From Escherichia coli (lineage in GTDB: Bacteria > Pseudomonadota > Gammaproteobacteria > Enterobacterales > Enterobacteriaceae), in NCBI RefSeq assembly GCF_003790525.1, contig NZ_CP033635.1: 64,000 bases of DNA. One strand, written 5' to 3'. The position numbers and the translations under genes were made by a program. The notes beneath the pieces were generated by a model. That model was not told where the DNA came from, did not search any database, and saw only the letters and a program-made list of their open reading frames with translations. Below, piece by piece: positions 57,503-64,000 of the stretch. Numbering within the stretch: position 1 is the stretch's first letter; every line of letters begins with the position of its first letter.

Positions 57503-58549
57503 TTAACGTCCTGCTTTCAGCTTCTGATAATACTCTTCATAAATGCTGCTGGCTGCGCCAACGTCATTCTGCCATTCACCATTTTTAATGGTTTCAGCAT
57601 CCGGGTAGAGCGTTTTGTCGTTCGCCACTTCAGGACTTAACAGCTTACGCGCCGCAAGGTTTGGCGTTGGATAACCGATAGTTTCAGCAACCTGTTTTGC
57701 CACATCGGGGCGCAGCAGGAAGTTGATCAATTTCAGCGCACCTTCTTTGTTTTTGGCATTTGCCGGGATCGCCAGGCTGTCCATCCAGAAAATGCCGCCT
57801 TCTTTCGGCCACACCACGTCAATTGGCGTACCCGCCTGCCGTGCAACGAAAGCAGAACCGTTCCAGATCATGCCGAGGTTAACTTCGCCTTCCATGTACG
57901 GGTTAGCCGGGTTATCGGAGTTAAACGCTGCGACGTTTGGCATCAGTTTTTTCAGCTCGTTATATGCAGCTTCAATCTCTTTCGGATCGGTAGTGTTACC
58001 GGAGTAGCCCAGTTTGCGCAGCGCCATCTGGAACACTTCACGGGCATCGTCGGTCAGCAGCAGGCTGCCTTTGTACTCAGGTTTCCACAGATCGGCCCAG
58101 CTGGTGACAGATTTCGGATCCACCGCATCACCGTTAACGCCAATCGCCGTCGCACCCCAGATATACGGAATGGAGTAGTCGTTATTCGGGTCAAACGGCT
58201 TGTTGAGCATGTCTGGATCGAGGTTGCTGAAATTGCTTAACTTCGACTTGTCGATCTTCTGGATCATCCCTTCTTTACGCATTTTATCGACGTAATAGGT
58301 TGAAGGAACCACCAGGTCATAGGCACCGTCTTTGTACGTTTTCAGCTTCGCGTACATGGTTTCGTTCGACTCGTAAGTCGAATAGATAACCTTAATACCG
58401 GTTTCTTTGGTGAACTGTTCAAGCAGTCCTGGCGGCACGTACTCGGTCCAGTTGTAGAAATACAGCGTGTTGTTGTCATCGGCGTGAGCGGCGCTCATGC
58501 CCAGTGCCAGAGCACCCGCCGCGAGCAGGTGGCGTGACCATTTTTTCAT
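57503..58549 (-). CDS. potD: Spermidine/putrescine ABC transporter periplasmic binding protein
   Basis: 348 aa with signal peptide; sequence match. Confidence 0.96.
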   Translation of the reverse strand: MKKWSRHLLAAGALALGMSAAHADDNNTLYFYNWTEYVPPGLLEQFTKETGIKVIYSTYESNETMYAKLKTYKDGAYDLVVPSTYYVDKMRKEGMIQKIDKSKLSNFSNLDPDMLNKPFDPNNDYSIPYIWGATAIGVNGDAVDPKSVTSWADLWKPEYKGSLLLTDDAREVFQMALRKLGYSGNTTDPKEIEAAYNELKKLMPNVAAFNSDNPANPYMEGEVNLGMIWNGSAFVARQAGTPIDVVWPKEGGIFWMDSLAIPANAKNKEGALKLINFLLRPDVAKQVAETIGYPTPNLAARKLLSPEVANDKTLYPDAETIKNGEWQNDVGAASSIYEEYYQKLKAGR

Positions 58550-59340
58550 TTAACGTCCCCTGTGTTACCTTTCGTTTTATCACGAGCAATAAGCTGGCTG
58601 GCAATTACCATCACCAGCGACAGCACCAGTAATATGGTTGCCAGCGCGTTAACTTCCGGCGATACGCCGACTTTGACCATCGAATAAATTTTTAACGGCA
58701 GAATTTCATAACTCGGCCCGGTGACAAACGAAGAAACTACCACATCGTCCATCGACAGGGTAAAGCTTAACACCCAGCCCGCCGCTACCGCTGGCATTGC
58801 CAGTGGCAGAATGATTTTTCGCAGAATGGTAAATTCGCTGGCACCGAGATCTTTCGCCGCTTCCAGCATTCGCACGTCAAAACCTTTCAGGCGCGAATAC
58901 ACTGTCACTACCACAAATGGCAGGCAGAAGGTGATATGCGAGAACAGCAGCGACCAGAAGCCAAGCTGAATACCCAGCAGCATAAACAGCACCAGCAGCG
59001 AAATCGCCATCACGATATCTGGTGACATCATCACCACAAACAGCATTCCGCTAACGAACGGCTTACCACGAAAGCGATAACGGTACAGCGCAACTGCCGT
59101 CAGTGAACCGATAAGCGTAGCAAACGTCGCCGAAAACACCGCCATTGTTAGTGAATGCTGCGCTGCCTGTAACAGGCTGTCGTTGTTCATCAGCAGGCTA
59201 TACCATTTGGTGGTAAAACCTTGCCAGTTGATGCCAAAGCGCGAGCTGTTAAAGGAGTTCACAATCAAAATAATGATTGGGATATACAGGTACGCGTAGA
59301 TAGCGGTCATAAAACCGCCGCGAAGCAGTCGACCGATCAT
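58546..59340 (-). CDS. potC: Spermidine/putrescine ABC transporter permease
   Basis: 264 aa; 4-nt overlap with potD. Confidence 0.95.
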   Translation of the reverse strand: MIGRLLRGGFMTAIYAYLYIPIIILIVNSFNSSRFGINWQGFTTKWYSLLMNNDSLLQAAQHSLTMAVFSATFATLIGSLTAVALYRYRFRGKPFVSGMLFVVMMSPDIVMAISLLVLFMLLGIQLGFWSLLFSHITFCLPFVVVTVYSRLKGFDVRMLEAAKDLGASEFTILRKIILPLAMPAVAAGWVLSFTLSMDDVVVSSFVTGPSYEILPLKIYSMVKVGVSPEVNALATILLVLSLVMVIASQLIARDKTKGNTGDVK

Positions 59341-60194
59341 TCGAGTTCCACCTTCTTATTCAGCAAACGAGAAGCGCGCCAGTAAACCAGCAACATCAGG
59401 CCCATTACGATAGTCAGCGTAATGCTGGTGGCTGCACCAAACGGCCAGTCACGAATATTGAGGAACTGTACCTTGATGACGTTACCGATCAGCAGGTTTT
59501 TCGCACCGCCCATCAGGTCGGACACATAGAACAGGCCCATCGCTGGCAGCATCACCAGCAGACATCCGGCAATAATCCCCGGCATCGTCAGTGGAATAAT
59601 GATGCGGATAAAAGTCTGTAACTTGCTGGCACCGAGATCGCGCGCCGCCTCAAGCAACGGCTTATCCAGTTTTTCGATACTGGAGTACAGCGGCATCACC
59701 ATAAACGGCAGCAGAATGTAAACCAGACCGATAATCACCGCACTGGGCGTGAACATGATGCGAATTGGTGTATCAATAACGCCCAGCCAGAGCAAAAACT
59801 CGTTGAGATAGCCTTTGGTGCTGAGGAAAATTTTCAGCCCGTAGATACGAATCAATGAGTTGGTCCAGAACGGAACAATCAGCAGAAACAGCAGCAGCGG
59901 ACGCACCTTGTGTGGCAACTTCGCCAGAAACCAGGCAAAAGGATAGCCCAGCACCAGGCAGGCGAGGGTGGCGATCAGCGCCATATTCAGCGAGTGCAAT
60001 AGCACTTCAAAATAGAGCGGATCGAGCAGACGCGTGTAGTTATCCAGCGTAAAGACCATTTTGACGAAACTGGCGTCGTCGCGGGTCAAAAAGCTGGTGC
60101 CAATGATCATCAGGTTGGGCAGAAAGACAAACAACACAAGCCAACCGACAATAGTGACAATCACTACATTCTGGAACTTACTTGTGTTCTTCAT
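59337..60194 (-). CDS. potB: Spermidine/putrescine ABC transporter permease
   Basis: 285 aa ORF (the true start may be slightly downstream); overlaps potC and potA. Confidence 0.93.
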
Positions 60195-61314
60195 CAGCCA
60201 GTACGACCTCCCAGCTTTCTACCCAATTAATGGCCATTTTTTGGTCGAGAGAGTGGTCAAAGTCAGGGTCGTCTTCATTGAAGAATTCGCTGACCATCAC
60301 CATCTTGCCATTTTCCAGTTCAACAACCGACTCCAGCGTCATGCCTTTGTAGTTACGCTCGCGAACGTAACCAATCAGCCCTTCAGCGTGGTTGTCGTCG
60401 TTAATCTCTTCAACACGTAAGTCTTCCGGGCGCAGCAGAACATGCAGTTTTTGCCCCGGTTCAACGGCGAAGTTAACGTAGATATTACATTCGCGGCCTT
60501 CAACGTTGGCGCGTACCCGCTGCTCGTCGAGACGTTCGATGACAGTGGCGTTAAACATATTGATTTCGCCAATAAACCCAGCAACAAACAGGTTTTTCGG
60601 CTCTTCATAGATTTCACGCGGCGTGCCGTCTTGCTCAATGCGACCATCGCGCATCACCACAATCCTGTCCGACATGGTGAGTGCTTCTTCCTGGTCGTGA
60701 GTCACGAAGACGAATGTAATGCCAAGCTTACGCTGTAACGCTTTCAGCTCGTTCTGCATTTGCTTGCGCAGTTTGTAATCCAGCGCTGAGAGCGACTCAT
60801 CCAGCAACAACAGACGAGGCTTGTTAACCACCGCGCGGGCAATGGCGACGCGTTGCTGTTGACCACCAGAGAGCTGATGCGGTTTGCGTTGAGCGAAGGT
60901 TTCCAGCTGCACCATCCGCAGGGCTTCCATCACGCGGGGCGTAATTTCAGCAGCGGGGGTTTTTTGCATGCGCAACCCAAAGGCCACATTTTCGAACACG
61001 GTCATGTGGGGGAAAAGTGCGTAGCTTTGGAAAACAGTATTCACATAGCGGTTTTCCGCCGGAACGTGGGTGATGTCCTCGTTATCCAGCATGATGCGTC
61101 CGGAATCAACAGTTTCCAGACCTGCAATCAGGCGAAGAACGGTTGTTTTACCGCAGCCAGAAGGGCCAAGCAGCGTGAGGAACTCGCCATTGTTGATAGT
61201 CAGATCCAGCTGGGGAATGACCTCTTTACCATCAAAGCATTTGCGAATTCCCGCCAATTGCACCAGCGGTGAAAGCGAACTCGGTTGTTTATTCAATTTT
61301 TTACTCTGTCCCAT
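60178..61314 (-). CDS. potA: Spermidine/putrescine ABC transporter ATPase
   Basis: 378 aa; Walker [10 protein letters not shown] and signature LSGGQQQR. Confidence 0.96.
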
Positions 61315-61563
61315 GTAAACGCAACGGATGGCTTACCGATGCGGGGTTTGTGGTTAACCACCTTGGTGACTCTTAATGAGGGCGGTAATTCTACGGCAAA
61401 CCGCTTGAATCGCCAATCTTTGTTGTGAATTACTGGCTTAGCTTTATATTCATTAAGGTAATGCTGATAAATATTCCCGCTTGCAGGGGTAAAAGTGACC
61501 TGACGCAATATTTGTCTTTTCTTGCTTCTTAATAATGTTGTCACAAAAAGTGAGGGTGACTAC

Positions 61564-62790
61564 ATGGATAAACTACTTGAGCGATTTTTGAACTACGTGT
61601 CTCTGGATACCCAATCAAAAGCAGGGGTGAGACAGGTTCCCAGCACGGAAGGCCAATGGAAGTTATTGCATCTGCTGAAAGAGCAGCTCGAAGAGATGGG
61701 GCTTATCAATGTGACCTTAAGTGAGAAGGGCACTTTGATGGCGACGTTACCGGCTAACGTCCCTGGCGATATCCCGGCGATTGGCTTTATTTCTCATGTG
61801 GATACCTCACCGGATTGCAGCGGCAAAAATGTGAATCCGCAAATTGTTGAAAACTATCGCGGTGGCGATATTGCGCTGGGTATCGGCGATGAAGTTTTAT
61901 CACCGGTTATGTTCCCGGTGCTTCATCAGCTACTGGGTCAGACGCTGATTACCACCGATGGTAAAACCTTGTTAGGTGCCGATGACAAAGCAGGTATTGC
62001 AGAAATCATGACCGCGCTGGCGGTATTGCAACAGAAAAACATTCCGCATGGTGATATTCGCGTCGCCTTTACCCCGGATGAAGAAGTGGGCAAAGGGGCG
62101 AAGCATTTTGATGTTGACGCCTTCGATGCCCGCTGGGCTTACACCGTTGATGGTGGTGGCGTAGGCGAACTGGAGTTTGAAAACTTCAACGCCGCGTCGG
62201 TCAATATCAAAATTGTCGGTAACAATGTTCACCCGGGCACGGCGAAAGGCGTGATGGTAAATGCGCTGTCGCTGGCGGCACGTATTCATGCGGAAGTTCC
62301 GGCGGATGAAAGCCCGGAAATGACAGAAGGCTATGAAGGTTTCTATCACCTGGCGAGCATGAAAGGCACCGTTGAACGGGCCGATATGCACTACATCATC
62401 CGTGATTTCGACCGTAAACAGTTTGAAGCGCGTAAACGTAAAATGATGGAGATCGCCAAAAAAGTGGGCAAAGGGTTACATCCTGATTGCTACATTGAAC
62501 TGGTGATTGAAGACAGTTACTACAATATGCGCGAGAAAGTGGTTGAGCATCCGCATATTCTCGATATCGCCCAGCAGGCGATGCGTGACTGCGATATTGA
62601 ACCGGAACTGAAACCGATCCGCGGCGGTACCGACGGCGCGCAGTTGTCGTTTATGGGATTACCGTGCCCGAACCTGTTCACTGGCGGTTACAACTATCAT
62701 GGTAAGCATGAGTTTGTGACTCTGGAAGGTATGGAAAAAGCGGTGCAGGTGATCGTCCGTATTGCCGAGTTGACGGCGCAACGGAAGTAA
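61564..62790 (+). CDS. pepT: Peptidase T (tripeptide aminopeptidase)
   Basis: Start [18 protein letters not shown] gives 408 aa (ORF opens at 61522). Confidence 0.93.
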   Translation: MDKLLERFLNYVSLDTQSKAGVRQVPSTEGQWKLLHLLKEQLEEMGLINVTLSEKGTLMATLPANVPGDIPAIGFISHVDTSPDCSGKNVNPQIVENYRGGDIALGIGDEVLSPVMFPVLHQLLGQTLITTDGKTLLGADDKAGIAEIMTALAVLQQKNIPHGDIRVAFTPDEEVGKGAKHFDVDAFDARWAYTVDGGGVGELEFENFNAASVNIKIVGNNVHPGTAKGVMVNALSLAARIHAEVPADESPEMTEGYEGFYHLASMKGTVERADMHYIIRDFDRKQFEARKRKMMEIAKKVGKGLHPDCYIELVIEDSYYNMREKVVEHPHILDIAQQAMRDCDIEPELKPIRGGTDGAQLSFMGLPCPNLFTGGYNYHGKHEFVTLEGMEKAVQVIVRIAELTAQRK

Positions 62791-62798
62791 GCGAAAAG

Positions 62799-62823
62799 GG
62801 ATGCGGCATGTGATGCCGCATCC
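62799..62823. terminator. Hairpin between convergent pepT and roxA
   Basis: ggatgcggcat-gtg-atgccgcatcc palindrome; the flanking U-tracts are weak. Confidence 0.5.
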
Positions 62824-62838
62824 GGCTTAAATCCAAAC

Positions 62839-63960
62839 TTACCCTTCGAAGAACCAGTATCCGCTATTGACCAGCGCCGCGAGCATCGCGAGGAATGACG
62901 GATCTTCCAGCGCATCGCCAAAATTCTCCGCAGTCAGCGCAATGTTGCTGGCGAGTGCATCCAGTGCCGGACGGTGCGGGGAATCGATCTTCTCACCATT
63001 GGCATACACGTCGTCGCCAATGCGCAATACGCGTAGACCACCCAGGCGCACCAGCACATCACCTTGTTTCAGCGCATCGTAGATTTCATCCGGCTGATAA
63101 GGCGGCTCTGGCGGCGCGATATCCAGTTCATGACGTGACTGGGATATAAACTCCCCAAACCATTGCTTAAAGTGTTCCGGCTGGTTGATCAATTCGAGCA
63201 TCATCTCACGCAGTTTATCCATCTCTTGCGGCAGAACATCCGCAGGATGAGCGCGAGGTGGAACATCAGGATCGCTGTAGTAGTTGCCGCCCAGTTCACG
63301 TTGCAGCACATAATCGGCAAATCCGCTAATCAGTTCCCGCGTATTTGGCGCGCGAAAACCTACGGAATAGTTCATCGCATTTTCCAGCGCGTAGCCTTCA
63401 TGCGGGAATCCTGGCGGAATATAAAGAATATCGCCAGGCTCCAGCTCTTCATCGATGATGGCTTCGAACGGATCGACCTGTAACAGATCCGGGTGCGGGC
63501 AGTGCTGTTTCATTTGCAGCTTTTCGCCCACTCGCCAGCGACGACGTCCGGTACCCTGAATGATAAACACGTCGTACTGATCGAGATGCGGGCCGACGCC
63601 GCCGCCTGGTACAGAAAAAGAGATCATCAGATCATCAATACGCCAGTCCGGTAGTTCACGGAACGGTCGCATTAGCGCGGCGGTCGGCTCATGCCAGTGG
63701 TTCACTGCTTGCACTAACAATGACCAGTTAGTTTCACCGAGATGATCGTAGCTTTCGAATGGACCGTGGCTGACCTGCCATTTGCCATCCTGATGACTGA
63801 CCAGTCGACTGTCGACTTCGCTTTCCATCGCCAGACCCGCCAACTCGTCTGGAGAGATCGGGTCAATAAAATTATTAAAGCCGCGTTTTAACACCACCGG
63901 GCGTTTCTGCCAGTGACGTTCAAGAAAATCGGGCCAGTTAAGAGTGAGTTGGTATTCCAT
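62839..63960 (-). CDS. roxA: Ribosomal protein uL16 arginine hydroxylase RoxA (YcfD), JmjC/cupin family
   Basis: Start MEYQLTLNWPDFLERHW gives 373 aa. Confidence 0.9.
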   Translation of the reverse strand: MEYQLTLNWPDFLERHWQKRPVVLKRGFNNFIDPISPDELAGLAMESEVDSRLVSHQDGKWQVSHGPFESYDHLGETNWSLLVQAVNHWHEPTAALMRPFRELPDWRIDDLMISFSVPGGGVGPHLDQYDVFIIQGTGRRRWRVGEKLQMKQHCPHPDLLQVDPFEAIIDEELEPGDILYIPPGFPHEGYALENAMNYSVGFRAPNTRELISGFADYVLQRELGGNYYSDPDVPPRAHPADVLPQEMDKLREMMLELINQPEHFKQWFGEFISQSRHELDIAPPEPPYQPDEIYDALKQGDVLVRLGGLRVLRIGDDVYANGEKIDSPHRPALDALASNIALTAENFGDALEDPSFLAMLAALVNSGYWFFEG

Positions 63961-64000
63961 GTTAAGCATCCACAGGCTGGTATCTGCAACCGATTATAAC

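Overview
This window reads as conserved Escherichia coli chromosomal core, recognised from the translated ORFs (no search was run). Gene order is mdtH' / rimJ-yceH-yceM-murJ / flgNMA divergent from flgBCDEFGHIJ-flgKL / rne / rluC / yceF / yceD-rpmF-plsX-fabHDG-acpP-fabF / pabC-mltG-tmk-holB-ycfH / ptsG / fhuE / hinT-ycfL-lpoB-thiK-nagZ-ycfP / ndh / ycfJ / comR / bhsA / ldtC / mfd / ycfT / lolCDE-nagK-cobB / ycfZ-ymfA / potABCD / pepT / roxA. The one segment that looks accessory is a compact ~0.9 kb cassette between the flgL and rne terminators (about 15964-16850). It encodes a GNAT-family acetyltransferase toxin and a DUF1778/RHH-type antitoxin on the minus strand, with its own sigma70-like promoter and an unusual A8 tract at the gene junction. 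The toxin-antitoxin family is already described (TacAT/AtaRT/ItaRT-like), so this is an accessory insertion rather than a new system class. I found no CRISPR array, no transposase or integrase, and no rRNA or tRNA gene. Several REP/BIME repeats and intrinsic terminators are present. All coordinates and start-codon choices were set by manual reading and length comparison with remembered E. coli proteins and should be confirmed by alignment.
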